64,000 nt of DNA from Patescibacteria group bacterium. Its GTDB lineage: Bacteria; Patescibacteriota; Patescibacteriia; UBA10025; JAHIVO01. Position 1 is the stretch's first letter, and each line of letters starts with the position of its first letter. Positions 27,722 to 37,705 of this stretch are shown here, one piece after another. Location: contig JBAZKE010000002.1 in NCBI GenBank assembly GCA_041650915.1, positions 80,638 through 144,637 of the forward strand. Direction: 5' to 3'. A program made the translations under genes and the position numbers. A model generated the notes under the pieces. The model was given only the letters and a program-made list of their open reading frames with translations. It did no database searches and was not told the origin of the DNA.

Positions 27722-28120
27722 CTAGCTGTTTAGTTCTTTCCACGCGTCGACGCTGACCACGCTGCCCGTGAGCGTAACCGTACTCTCGAACTTGCGCTGG
27801 ATGCCGGACACATCAGCGGTAACCGTAATCGTCTTCTGGACCGGCCCGCTGTCGACAACCGTAATAGTACACGAGCCGAACCCGACATTCAAACTGCCGC
27901 CGGCGTAGCTGCCGGATTGTTCGAGCCTGAGGTACGCTTCCTGCATGCACGCGTCAGCGGCCGTAAAACTCTGGACCGCTTGCTGCGTCCGGAGCCCGGA
28001 CTGCGTCTCGCCGATGCTGAGGACATTCATGCTCAATCCGATGCTGAGCGTTACGACAACAATAATGAGAACCGCGATAAGCGCAATGTATCCGCCTTGA
28101 TTGTGCTGGTTTGTATGCAT
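27722..28120 (-). CDS. PilX-like minor pilin
   Basis: GG|YIALIAVLII (no Glu5); QSFTAADAC...AY. Confidence 0.75.
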   Translation of the reverse strand: MHTNQHNQGGYIALIAVLIIVVVTLSIGLSMNVLSIGETQSGLRTQQAVQSFTAADACMQEAYLRLEQSGSYAGGSLNVGFGSCTITVVDSGPVQKTITVTADVSGIQRKFESTVTLTGSVVSVDAWKELNS

Positions 28121-28121
28121 A

Positions 28122-28637
28122 CTAATGCTGATCCCTGAGCTCAATGGTCGTCTCAAAGGTATTGCTATAAGCCCATTCCTGCCGGTTTTCCGGATTGACG
28201 TGCTCGAGCGTAACGGTAAAAAAAACATTAACGGTCCGCGCATCAGTGCTCGACACGTTAACAAATTGCAGGTCCGCGATGACCACGCTGTCTGAGTGGA
28301 GCTTGGCAGCTGCACCGGCGCCTTCGCTCATTGTGAGCGAGCTGCCGCTGAAAGAAAAACGGACCGGGTCTTTTGAGGCATCCTGGTACTCAAGCTCGAG
28401 CGCTGTTCCGGCTACCCCCGTCCCTGGCAACGATACGGCTGATGCGCCGTGCGCCGCTTGGGCGACCTTCTCAACGATGAGGCGCCCGTTCTGCTCTACT
28501 TCTTGCATGACGAGCGCCTTCGTCTTGCTGTTGATGATCGTCCACGCAAAACTCGTCGCGGTAATGAGGATGCCGACGATGAGTGCTATATATATAACCA
28601 TTTCGATCAGGGAAAACCCCCGCTGCTTATGGCTCAT
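28122..28637 (-). CDS. minor pilin (PilW/GspJ-like)
   Basis: RG|FSLIEMVIYI. Confidence 0.85.
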   Translation of the reverse strand: MSHKQRGFSLIEMVIYIALIVGILITATSFAWTIINSKTKALVMQEVEQNGRLIVEKVAQAAHGASAVSLPGTGVAGTALELEYQDASKDPVRFSFSGSSLTMSEGAGAAAKLHSDSVVIADLQFVNVSSTDARTVNVFFTVTLEHVNPENRQEWAYSNTFETTIELRDQH

Positions 28638-31497
28638 AGTCGATCGTTACGTCATGGAGTATGGGCGTCTCAACCCCATCGGATAGTAATTCAGCGCGGT
28701 ACTGGAGCCACCGGAGGCCTGTCGCTGCAGGATCCGCGCCAAGCACCTCGCCGGGGGCGGCGTAGTAGCTGCCGGCAGCGCCATCAGCGCCTACCCATGC
28801 CGCGCCGGCAAGGCCGGCTTCGGTATCCGCGGTACGGGTCTGCAGCCGCACTATGGTACCGGCAGGCTCAGACGCTGCCCAGGCAATATAATTCAAGACC
28901 GGATTAACCGCGCCGGTATCGTACGCTGATGATACAATGCTTCCACTGAGAGAAAATCCGGATGATGCAGAGACGAGGTACGCGAGCCGCACCGCGTCGA
29001 GCGAAACCTGCTGCACGCCGTCCGACCTGAGAAAGGCTTTGAAGGTAATCCGCCGGGCCTTCGGTAGGAATGAAGCGATGTGCGCATCAATATCGGCAGC
29101 TGTACTGTAATTATCCGATCCCGCGACCGCCCACGTGCCGCCGTCCCAGTACTGCCACGTCGCACCGCCATCATCCGAGAGCTGGTAGTAGATCTCGCCA
29201 CCGTTCTTGGTTGCGATCTCCTCGAACGAGTGCCAGGCGTACACGTCAGCCGAGCTGAACGAAATTTTCTGCATGATCGATGGGCTCGTAGTCGGGTATG
29301 ATGCGCCTGCGGCCTTTTCCCAGTACGCGAGTGCGTTGTCAAAACCGATGGTAAAGGGACCGGCCCGTACACCGGTTGTATCAACCCACACGGCGAGCTT
29401 GAGGTAGTACGTGCCGGGCGCCGCGATGCGGCTCGTAATGTCAATCGGGCCGAACGAAGCCCAGGCTGTGGTTCCGATGAGCTGGCCCGAGGTCCACGCT
29501 TCAGTGCCGATGGACGGCAAGCCCGGCTTTGTATCGACGAATACGTACGCCTGGAATTGCCGGGGCCTGCCGCCCAATCTAATGACCGATGTGTCAAACT
29601 GCACGAAAGCAGGGTCGGGATTCGACTCGGTAACCTCAAACGACTGCTCGAAGTAACCGCCAAGCCTGTCATCGCGACCGATGGGAATATAAATCTGCGC
29701 GAACGCGCCGGGGTTGCCGCCCAACAATTGGTAGCTGCCCCGTACATCCACTTCATTTAAACCCTGGTCCCAATCAGTATACTCCCATGGCTTGAGCTCC
29801 AGGTCAAAACCCGAATTGGCGGTACCGCCGGACAAGGTCGGGCTCTGGTTCACGAGTTGCGCCGCCGAATCAATAACCTCAATGTCGCCAGAATCGAATG
29901 AATAATCTGCGGGGATATCGAAGGTGGAATCAAACGCCCTAACCGCATCATACGTTACCCGCACAGCATCGAGTGACACCTGCTGCGCGCCATCAGAAGA
30001 CAAAAATGCGCGGAACAGGAGCCGCTGCGCACCCGCAGGGAAACTCAATATGTGCGAATTGATTTCCGCGGCGGTATTGAAATCGGTATCAGATGTAACG
30101 ACAATCCACGTGCCGCCGTCCCAGTACTGCCACGTCGCACCGTCATCATCCGAGAGCTGGTAGTAGATCTCGCCTCCGTTCTTGGTTGCGATCTCCTCGA
30201 ACGAGTGCCAGGCGTACACGTCAGCCGAGCTGAATGAAGCAGTTGGCGTAATCGGAGGTTCATCGGCCGGGTAGCTCGGCGTCCCGATTTTTTCCCAGTT
30301 CAGCCGCGCATCATCAAAACCGATGCGGAATAACCCATCACGGGTGCGGTCGCTCTCGACCCACACGGCGAGCTTGAGGTAGTACGTCCCGGGCGCCGCG
30401 ATGCGCGAGGCCACGTCGATCGGCCCGATCGACGTCCACGGCGCGGTACCGGTCAGCTCGCCAGATGACCACACCTCCGTACCGACAACCGGCTCGCCGG
30501 GCGCAGAATCAACGAATACGAACGCCTCGAGCGTAACAGGAATCCCATTGAAGGCAAGTACGCTGCCGTCGAAGGAAACGTACGCGGTCTCTGGATTGCT
30601 CTCCGTCACGGTAAAGCTCTGCCGAAAGTACCCGCCGACCTCGTCATAGGTGCCCTGCGGAATGATGATTTCGGCGTACCCGCCAGGATCCCCTCCGGAC
30701 AACTGCCGTAAACCGCGTACATTCACCTCATCACCGCCTTGGTTCCAATCGGCGTACTGCCAAGGCGTGAGTGCGGCATCAAAACCCGGATTCGTCGTGC
30801 CGCCGGACGCTGAGATGCTCTGGTTCACAAGCTGCGCCACCGAACCCGTTATTTCAATGTCTGCGGGATCAAAGGTATAGCCCGCCGGGTCGTCAAAGGG
30901 AGAGATGAAGTGCGGAGGCACTCCCGCCTCAACGAGGCGGACATCCCCCCCGTCTGTCCCGGTTGCGACCGCACTGCTCAATGTGCCCTGATTAAAATCA
31001 GCCTCCGTGGTCTGTACCCACTTCAGGCTCTGCCAATTCGTGAGATAGCTCGTCAACGACACTTCGGAAGGGCGTGAGGTGGTGAAATCCCACGTGAGCG
31101 TCGCCGTCAGCTTCTTGGTATCAAAATCAACAGTGCCCCCGGCCTCGACAATGTTTCCAGACGCATCCCGCTGTGCCGGCTCAACGGTAACCGTACGGAC
31201 GAAGGTGTCATCAATAACATTCGGCACCGGAGAGAGAGCCCACGTCCCGCCCGAGCGGTCAATTCCGTACGCCCCGTCGGCAAGGTCCCGCCACCCTCGG
31301 TTCGCGATGCTAACCGCAGCTTCATGCGTTTCTTGGGCGAGCAGGGCAGCCCGCGTGCGCTCTTTGCCCTGCCGATTTGCCGAGTGGGCATCGAGCGTTA
31401 GAAACATGACGCTCGAAACGACCAATACAAACACTCCCATCGCCACGATGAGCTCGATGACGCTCTGGCCGCGTTGGCTGTTGAAGCTACTGTACAT
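28627..31497 (-). CDS. large pilin-like adhesin with a tandem 325-aa duplication
   Basis: RG|QSVIELIVAM prepilin-like N-terminus; two beta-rich repeats offset by 975 nt. Confidence 0.85.
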   Translation of the reverse strand: MYSSFNSQRGQSVIELIVAMGVFVLVVSSVMFLTLDAHSANRQGKERTRAALLAQETHEAAVSIANRGWRDLADGAYGIDRSGGTWALSPVPNVIDDTFVRTVTVEPAQRDASGNIVEAGGTVDFDTKKLTATLTWDFTTSRPSEVSLTSYLTNWQSLKWVQTTEADFNQGTLSSAVATGTDGGDVRLVEAGVPPHFISPFDDPAGYTFDPADIEITGSVAQLVNQSISASGGTTNPGFDAALTPWQYADWNQGGDEVNVRGLRQLSGGDPGGYAEIIIPQGTYDEVGGYFRQSFTVTESNPETAYVSFDGSVLAFNGIPVTLEAFVFVDSAPGEPVVGTEVWSSGELTGTAPWTSIGPIDVASRIAAPGTYYLKLAVWVESDRTRDGLFRIGFDDARLNWEKIGTPSYPADEPPITPTASFSSADVYAWHSFEEIATKNGGEIYYQLSDDDGATWQYWDGGTWIVVTSDTDFNTAAEINSHILSFPAGAQRLLFRAFLSSDGAQQVSLDAVRVTYDAVRAFDSTFDIPADYSFDSGDIEVIDSAAQLVNQSPTLSGGTANSGFDLELKPWEYTDWDQGLNEVDVRGSYQLLGGNPGAFAQIYIPIGRDDRLGGYFEQSFEVTESNPDPAFVQFDTSVIRLGGRPRQFQAYVFVDTKPGLPSIGTEAWTSGQLIGTTAWASFGPIDITSRIAAPGTYYLKLAVWVDTTGVRAGPFTIGFDNALAYWEKAAGASYPTTSPSIMQKISFSSADVYAWHSFEEIATKNGGEIYYQLSDDGGATWQYWDGGTWAVAGSDNYSTAADIDAHIASFLPKARRITFKAFLRSDGVQQVSLDAVRLAYLVSASSGFSLSGSIVSSAYDTGAVNPVLNYIAWAASEPAGTIVRLQTRTADTEAGLAGAAWVGADGAAGSYYAAPGEVLGADPAATGLRWLQYRAELLSDGVETPILHDVTIDYEP

Positions 31498-31930
31498 TGA
31501 CAATGCCGAGATTGTTAATGGTTAACGTGCGCGATCGGCCAGCCGCCGCGCTGATGGTGACCGTTGCCGGAGCAGCCGTGCCCGTGACAGCCTCAAAAAC
31601 GACATCAGCTGCTGTGACTGAAAGCGGCTGGCTAACGTCCACCACATCGTTAAATTGGTCCCCCGGAACGTAGGCGTGCCCGCGGAAAAGCACGAACTGC
31701 TGGCCATCGAAGTGGACGCCAAATGCTGACAGCGCATCCGACGCCATCGCCATTGACTGTGCACGCCGGAGCGCTTGGGCTGCCTCGTGCGCCGTATCAT
31801 CGAGGCGGCTGTCAACCTGGAACGACTGGTAAAAGGGGATTGCGAGGCCGCTGAGCAAACCGAGCATGCCGATCACAATGAGCACCTCAATAAAGGTAAA
31901 GCCATTCGACTGTACGCGGCATTGAATCAT
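31487..31930 (-). CDS. minor pilin (FimT/GspH-like)
   Basis: NG|FTFIEVLIVI; LRRAQSMA. Confidence 0.85.
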   Translation of the reverse strand: MIQCRVQSNGFTFIEVLIVIGMLGLLSGLAIPFYQSFQVDSRLDDTAHEAAQALRRAQSMAMASDALSAFGVHFDGQQFVLFRGHAYVPGDQFNDVVDVSQPLSVTAADVVFEAVTGTAAPATVTISAAAGRSRTLTINNLGIVNVQ

Positions 31931-31936
31931 AGGATG

Positions 31937-33166
31937 CTACCTGGATAGCGCGCCGGTAAACTGGTAGATCGGCGAAATGATAGCCACCGCCAGAAAACCG
32001 AGCACGACGCCGATTATAACTAAAAGGACCGGCTCAATTACACTCGACAAATTTTTTGTAATTGTATTCACCTCCTCCTCGTAAAAATCCGCGAGGTAGG
32101 CGAGGCTCTCCTCCAGCTTTCCAGTCGTTTCACCGACGCCCACTAACCGCCGAACCATAGGAGTGAAGATATCTTCATTATCCAAAGAGGAGGCGAGTGA
32201 ACCGCCCTTACTGATGCCGCTGAGCGCGCGGCCGAGCTCACGCTTAAAATGGATATTGCCCACTGCGCCTTCCGTGATTTCGATGCTCTCGGTAATGATA
32301 ATGCCGCTCTTGAGGAGCACCGAGAGCATGCGGGTGAGGCGCGCCAGGTTGAGATCCCGTACGAGCTTGCCGATAAACGGGAGCTTCAAAACCAGCTTAT
32401 GGAGGAGCGAGCGTACGTGCCGCACCCTGGCGATGAAGCGCAGCCCAATGATGAATGCGACAAATCCCACTATCACATACAACCCATAGTCAACGAGAAA
32501 AGTAGCGACGTCTAAGAATGTTTGCGTCAGCCCGGGCAACTCTACCCGGAACGTGTCGAACATCTTCACGAGCTTGGGAAGAATGAATATTGACAGGCCG
32601 ATCCCGAGCGCAAGCGTACCCGACAGGATAATCGCCGGGTAGATCATTGCGCTGACCACCTTCCGGCGCAGCTCGTAGTCACGTTCAAGCTCATCGGCGA
32701 TGTAGTCGAGGTTGCGTTCGAGCGTACCGCTCGCTTCGCCCGCGTGTACCATGCCGACAACCGTCTTTGAAAAAACATTCCCGTGCTGCTCCAGGCTTGC
32801 GGCGAGCGTCTTTCCGTTGCTGACATCCTTGAGTACGCTATCGGTAACGAGCTTGAGTTTCTTCGAATCCGCCTGATCACGCACGACGCTGAGCGTCTCA
32901 ACGAGCGGAAGCCCTGATTTCAGCATGGTGCCGAGGTTGCGTACGAACATGATTTTATCGAGCTGCGATACCCTACCGAAACGCAGGGAGCGTACGACTG
33001 CATTGGCGGCCGGCTTTGGTTGCCGCCCCTGTCCTTCGCCCGTCACAGACATAATGATCAGGCCCCGCTGGCGGAGCCCGTCTAAGACGGCACCCTTTGA
33101 GGCTGCCTGGACAGAGCCCTTCTCGATGTGGCCATCTTCAGTTGTGGCAACGTAATCAAACTTCAT
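31937..33166 (-). CDS. pilC: type IV pilus platform protein (PilC/GspF)
   Basis: AGEASGTL, SAMIYP, VGETTGKL and IEP repeats. Confidence 0.93.
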   Translation of the reverse strand: MKFDYVATTEDGHIEKGSVQAASKGAVLDGLRQRGLIIMSVTGEGQGRQPKPAANAVVRSLRFGRVSQLDKIMFVRNLGTMLKSGLPLVETLSVVRDQADSKKLKLVTDSVLKDVSNGKTLAASLEQHGNVFSKTVVGMVHAGEASGTLERNLDYIADELERDYELRRKVVSAMIYPAIILSGTLALGIGLSIFILPKLVKMFDTFRVELPGLTQTFLDVATFLVDYGLYVIVGFVAFIIGLRFIARVRHVRSLLHKLVLKLPFIGKLVRDLNLARLTRMLSVLLKSGIIITESIEITEGAVGNIHFKRELGRALSGISKGGSLASSLDNEDIFTPMVRRLVGVGETTGKLEESLAYLADFYEEEVNTITKNLSSVIEPVLLVIIGVVLGFLAVAIISPIYQFTGALSR

Positions 33167-33195
33167 ACTGATCCTCCCCCATGGTGAACGGCGTA

Positions 33196-34887
33196 TTACT
33201 CCGTCGATACCCGGAATACTTCTTCAATCGTGGTGACTCCCCGAATCGCTTTGTGCAGGCCATCGTCGAGCATCGTGGTCATCCCCTCGTGGAGCGCTGC
33301 CGTACGGATCTCGTCGCTATTTGCCTGCTTCATAATCAAACGCCGGATCGCTTCGGTCATTTCGAGCACCTCAAAAATCGCGATACGGCCTTCGTAACCC
33401 GTATTACTGCACAGCTTGCAACCCCTGCCGCGGTACAGGCGAAAACCGCGCTTATCCATGCCGAGTTGTGCAAAACGCTCGCCACCGATAACATCCCGTA
33501 TCCTCCGCAGCTCGTCTTCTGACGGGAGGTAGCTCTCCATGCAGCCCTGGTGCACCTTCCGTACGAGGCGCTGCGCGATTGCTACGTTAACGGTCGAAGC
33601 TATTAAAAATGGCTCAATCTTCATGTCAATAAGGCGGGGGAGCGTCGTCGGCGCATCGTTCGTGTGCAGCGTCGAGAGAACGAGATGGCCCGTCATCGCG
33701 GCGTTGATCGCAATGCTGGCAGTCTCCTCATCCCGTATCTCACCGACCATCACGATATCGGGATCCTGGCGAAGGATCGAGCGCAACCCATCGGCAAAGG
33801 TCAGATTGGTTTTCGGATTAACCTGGATCTGGTTAACGCCCTCGATGTCGTACTCCACGGGGTCTTCGATCGTCGCGATATTTACCTCGCGGGTATTGAG
33901 TATCTTGAGCACTGCGTAGAGCGTTGTCGTCTTGCCTGATCCGGTGGGGCCGGTTGCGAGAATCATGCCGTACGGCTTTTTGAATCCGCGCTCGACTTTA
34001 TCCAGGTCGTCCGACTCAAGGCCGAGCTCCGGCAGGCCAAACAGACGGGATTTCTCGGACAGTATCCGCATAACGACCTTTTCGCCATCCGAAACGGGAA
34101 CAATGGAAACCCTCGTATCCACCTTACCGTCATCGACTGTAAACTCCAAACGTCCATCCTGCGCAGCGCGGTGCTCATCAGTGCGCAATTTCGACAGTAT
34201 TTTTATCCTCGTTATGATGTAGGGTTGAATTTCTTTCGGGAGCGTCACGACATCGTGCAGTATCCCGTCGATCCGAAATCGGATCGCAACGCTCGCCTCA
34301 TGCGGCTCAATGTGAATGTCCGAAGCTTTATTGTGGTACGCATACTCGAGTACCGATGCCACGATCTGGGTTGCCGGCTGTTCCCGGGCGCTGTCGGTTG
34401 CGCCCTTCGCCGCTATGATGCTGTCTGAAATGATAGTATCAAATTCATCCGCAATGCTCTTGCGGTAGTGCACGAGTGCTTCCTTGATATCCTGCGCAGT
34501 AGCGTAGTACCGGAGAATTCGCTCACCGGTTTTTTTCGCCAAAAAGTTGACGATCTCCTCATTGCCGGGATCGGCCATGGCGAGTTTTATGCCCGCAGAA
34601 CCACGCTCGAATGCAATAATACGCTGCCGCTTCGCGACGATCTCGGGCACTATCTTGAGCGCCTGCTCATCAATGCTCTTCTTCTTGAGGCTTACGAACG
34701 GAACAGAACAGATATCAGCGATGATTTGCCCGAGATTTTCATCAGATATGAATTCACGCTCGACGAGTACCTCCTCGAGCGGCACGTTACGTTCCCGGGA
34801 CCGGCGCTCTGCCTCGGCGAGCCGCTCCCGGGTCAGGAGCTCCGACTCAGTCAGAACGCTCGCTAACTTTTTGTAGTCAAGTGCCAT
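33196..34887 (-). CDS. pilB: type IV pilus assembly ATPase (PilB/GspE)
   Basis: ASDIHIEP, GPTGSGKTTT, LRQDPD..VGEIRD, TGHLVLSTLH. Confidence 0.95.
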   Translation of the reverse strand: MALDYKKLASVLTESELLTRERLAEAERRSRERNVPLEEVLVEREFISDENLGQIIADICSVPFVSLKKKSIDEQALKIVPEIVAKRQRIIAFERGSAGIKLAMADPGNEEIVNFLAKKTGERILRYYATAQDIKEALVHYRKSIADEFDTIISDSIIAAKGATDSAREQPATQIVASVLEYAYHNKASDIHIEPHEASVAIRFRIDGILHDVVTLPKEIQPYIITRIKILSKLRTDEHRAAQDGRLEFTVDDGKVDTRVSIVPVSDGEKVVMRILSEKSRLFGLPELGLESDDLDKVERGFKKPYGMILATGPTGSGKTTTLYAVLKILNTREVNIATIEDPVEYDIEGVNQIQVNPKTNLTFADGLRSILRQDPDIVMVGEIRDEETASIAINAAMTGHLVLSTLHTNDAPTTLPRLIDMKIEPFLIASTVNVAIAQRLVRKVHQGCMESYLPSEDELRRIRDVIGGERFAQLGMDKRGFRLYRGRGCKLCSNTGYEGRIAIFEVLEMTEAIRRLIMKQANSDEIRTAALHEGMTTMLDDGLHKAIRGVTTIEEVFRVSTE

Positions 34888-34894
34888 GTGCGTA

Positions 34895-35269
34895 CTAACC
34901 AATGTTTTTTTTAACCTTCGAAACGAGATCAACGAGGCTTACGTCCGACTTAACGAGATAATCGACGGCACCGAGCTCGAGCGCACGCTCGACATCGCCC
35001 TCCTGCCCAAGGTTCGATGAAATAATGACAGGGCAATCCTTCGTCCGCGGGTCAGCCTTGAGCTTCTCGAGGACGAGAAAACCGTCCATGCCGGGCAGGA
35101 TAAGATCAAGCAGGATAAGCTTCGGCTGCTCGACCTGCGCTTTCCGCAAACCCTCATCGCCGGTTGTCGCCATCGATACGTCATAACCGCTGATCCTGAG
35201 CTTATTGCCGTATATTTTCAATAATGAGAGGTCATCCTCAATCAGCAGCACTTTTGGTTCAACACTCAT
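34895..35269 (-). CDS. single-domain response regulator
   Basis: LIEDD, LLDLILPGMDG, SN, YLVK. Confidence 0.92.
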   Translation of the reverse strand: MSVEPKVLLIEDDLSLLKIYGNKLRISGYDVSMATTGDEGLRKAQVEQPKLILLDLILPGMDGFLVLEKLKADPRTKDCPVIISSNLGQEGDVERALELGAVDYLVKSDVSLVDLVSKVKKNIG

Positions 35270-36081
35270 TGCGTGGATGGTGAATGCTTAGGTAACGAAA
35301 CATAAACGGTCGTGCCTGCGCCTTCTTTTGACTGGAACCAAATCTCTCCGCCGTGCGCACCGACGATCACGCGGGCGAGGTATAGCCCGAGCCCCGATCC
35401 CGTCGTGTTCTTGTGGAGGATATTTCTCGCGCGAAAAAACTTTGTGAAGATTGCTTCCTGTTCATCATCTGGAATGCCGACTCCGTTATCCCTGCAGGAA
35501 AAAACGATACTCCCATCCCGATCCTTGAGCGAGACGGCAACCTTGCCCTTGCCGCTCGTATACTTGATGGCATTCGCCAGTATATTTTCCACCACCTGCC
35601 GGAGCTTGATAGCGTCTCCCTGTATGGGCGGAAGGGATGCCGGGGGCTCGGCGAGCTCAATGGTGCAATTTGATGCTCGTGCGAGCGTCTGCATCTTGTC
35701 AATCTCTGCCCGGACAATGTCAGCCAGTTGCACCGTTTGCCTGTTCAGCTCCATTTTTTCGGGATCGAGCTTAACAATATTGAGGTAATCGTTAACAAGC
35801 TCTATCGTCTCCCTGCTCACCTTGAGCGCATCATCGAGATACTCCTTCTGCCCGGGCGATACCGCGCCCTGGTCGCCAGTAACGAGGCCCTCCAAGTATC
35901 CCTTGATAACCGAGAGTGGAGTCCTGAGCTGGTGGCTGATGATCGAGACGAAATTCGAACGGCGCTCTTCCATTTTTTTTATTGACCTGACCCGCGTCTG
36001 CCGTTCCCGCTGTACCAAATAAAAAATAAAAAAGAGCTCCCCAATGCAGATTATTATCAATGCGATCGTCAGCGCGTCCAT
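35266..36081 (-). CDS. sensor histidine kinase with a single TM and no recognisable sensor domain
   Basis: SHQLRTPL, NAIKY, DNGVGI, GSGLGL; start may be 36108. Confidence 0.92.
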   Translation of the reverse strand: MDALTIALIIICIGELFFIFYLVQRERQTRVRSIKKMEERRSNFVSIISHQLRTPLSVIKGYLEGLVTGDQGAVSPGQKEYLDDALKVSRETIELVNDYLNIVKLDPEKMELNRQTVQLADIVRAEIDKMQTLARASNCTIELAEPPASLPPIQGDAIKLRQVVENILANAIKYTSGKGKVAVSLKDRDGSIVFSCRDNGVGIPDDEQEAIFTKFFRARNILHKNTTGSGLGLYLARVIVGAHGGEIWFQSKEGAGTTVYVSLPKHSPSTQ

Positions 36082-36182
36082 AAGCGTTTTGTACTTTAAA
36101 AATGCCACGAACTAACCTATTTGTCAACGTCACAATTATTACTATCCTTAATAATTTTCCGTTAAAATCTTTATAATTTTCA

Positions 36183-36211
36183 TTGACAAGAGCGCTTTAT
36201 TATGCTACAAT
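36183..36211 (+). promoter_or_regulatory. near-consensus sigma70 promoter upstream of pilT
   Basis: TTGACA-N17-TACAAT with extended -10 TG. Confidence 0.75.
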
Positions 36212-36391
36212 GAAGGCAGTAAAAAATAAAAAGAAAAATTACAATGAAACAGTCACATAAGATTGTGTTCGATGGGCACCCTCACAATGCGGTCGTGCTC
36301 TATGCTCTCGGAAACAGCATGTACTATAAAAAGAGGAGGGCGACGCATATTTTGGGCCGTTTACTTGAAACTTTTTTAGTACCAAAAAGCT

Positions 36392-37441
36392 ATGCCAAAA
36401 ATCGATAGCATGCTCGTAGACGCTATTAAGCAGGGCGCGTCTGACGTCCACCTCGCAACGGGCAAGTCACCGGTTTTCCGCGTCGACGGCAAACTGATTG
36501 AGCAGAGCGGCCTCAAGGTGCTTACGCCGGAGAGCGTCAAGAGCCTCATCTTTGAGATCCTTTCGGAAAAGCAGCAGCAGATCTTCACACACGAGCGTGA
36601 ACTCGACCTGTCATACGAACTCGATGACCAATCGCGTTTTCGCGTTAACTGCTTTTGGGAACGGGGCAATGTCGCCCTCGCGGCCCGTATCATCGCTTCG
36701 CAGATCCCGAAACTCGAGGAGCTCATGATCCCTGACGTGATCCGAAACCTCATGGACCTCAAGCAGGGGCTCATTCTCGTCACCGGCCCGACCGGGTGCG
36801 GCAAATCAACATCGCTCGCAGCGATGATCAACTACGTCAACCTGAAACGCGCCGCGCACATCATAACGCTCGAGGACCCCATCGAATTCATCTACCCGCC
36901 CGATTCCGGCAAAAGCCTCATCGTTCAGCGCCAGCTCGGGACCGATATGCTCACGTTTGCGCAGGCGCTCAAACACATCCTCCGCCAGGACCCAAACGTC
37001 ATTCTCGTCGGTGAGATGCGCGATCTCGAAACGATCGCAGCGACAATTACGCTCGCCGAAACCGGGCACCTTGTCCTCGCGACGCTCCATACCTACAATG
37101 CAGCCCAGACGGTTGATAGGATTATCGACGTATTCCCGCCGTACCAGCAGCCCCAAATCCGCCTCCAGCTGTCGCTCTTCCTCAAGGGCATCATGTCGCA
37201 GCAGCTGCTTCCGAAAACCGACGGCGGCCGTGTCGCAGCCCGGGAAATCCTTATCAATACGCCGGCAGTCGCGAACTTAATTCGGGAAAATAAGATACCG
37301 CAGGTTAAAACGGTCATCCAGACGAGCGCAGCGGACGGAATGTTCACTATTGACCAGGATCTCAAGCGCCTCTACGAAGAGGGATTCATCTCTGACGATA
37401 CCGCAAAGACGTACATGGTAACGCCATCAATGATCGAGTAA
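36392..37441 (+). CDS. pilT: type IV pilus retraction ATPase
   Basis: ASDVHL, GPTGCGKSTSLAAM, LRQDPN..VGEMRD, AETGHL, NLIRE. Confidence 0.95.
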   Translation: MPKIDSMLVDAIKQGASDVHLATGKSPVFRVDGKLIEQSGLKVLTPESVKSLIFEILSEKQQQIFTHERELDLSYELDDQSRFRVNCFWERGNVALAARIIASQIPKLEELMIPDVIRNLMDLKQGLILVTGPTGCGKSTSLAAMINYVNLKRAAHIITLEDPIEFIYPPDSGKSLIVQRQLGTDMLTFAQALKHILRQDPNVILVGEMRDLETIAATITLAETGHLVLATLHTYNAAQTVDRIIDVFPPYQQPQIRLQLSLFLKGIMSQQLLPKTDGGRVAAREILINTPAVANLIRENKIPQVKTVIQTSAADGMFTIDQDLKRLYEEGFISDDTAKTYMVTPSMIE

Positions 37442-37535
37442 CTCCCCCCTGAGATGCCCCAGCCGACAGCCGCTCCCCGCACGTTGCCGGCTTGATTTTC
37501 TTTAACGCCCGTGCTACCGTACCATGGTCGCCAAC

Positions 37536-37612
37536 GCGCCCGTAGCTCAACTGGATAGAGCGTGTGGCTTCGGACCACAAGGTTGGGAGTTCAAGTCTCT
37601 CCGGGCGCACCA
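37536..37612 (+). tRNA. tRNA-Arg(TCG)
   Basis: Anticodon arm TGTGG-CTTCGGA-CCACA; CCA end. Confidence 0.95.
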
Positions 37613-37628
37613 TCCATGTATCAGTTGC

Positions 37629-37705
37629 GGGCAACTAGCTCAGTTGGTTAGAGCGTCTCGTTTACACCGAGAAGGTCGGGGGTTCGACTCCCTCGTTGCC
37701 CACCA
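37629..37705 (+). tRNA. tRNA-Val(TAC)
   Basis: Anticodon arm TCTCG-TTTACAC-CGAGA; CCA end. Confidence 0.95.

Noticed and set aside
29131-30234. Diversity-generating retroelement TR/VR pair
   Set aside because: Both copies are in-frame parts of one gene, there are only two mismatches, and no reverse transcriptase is present.
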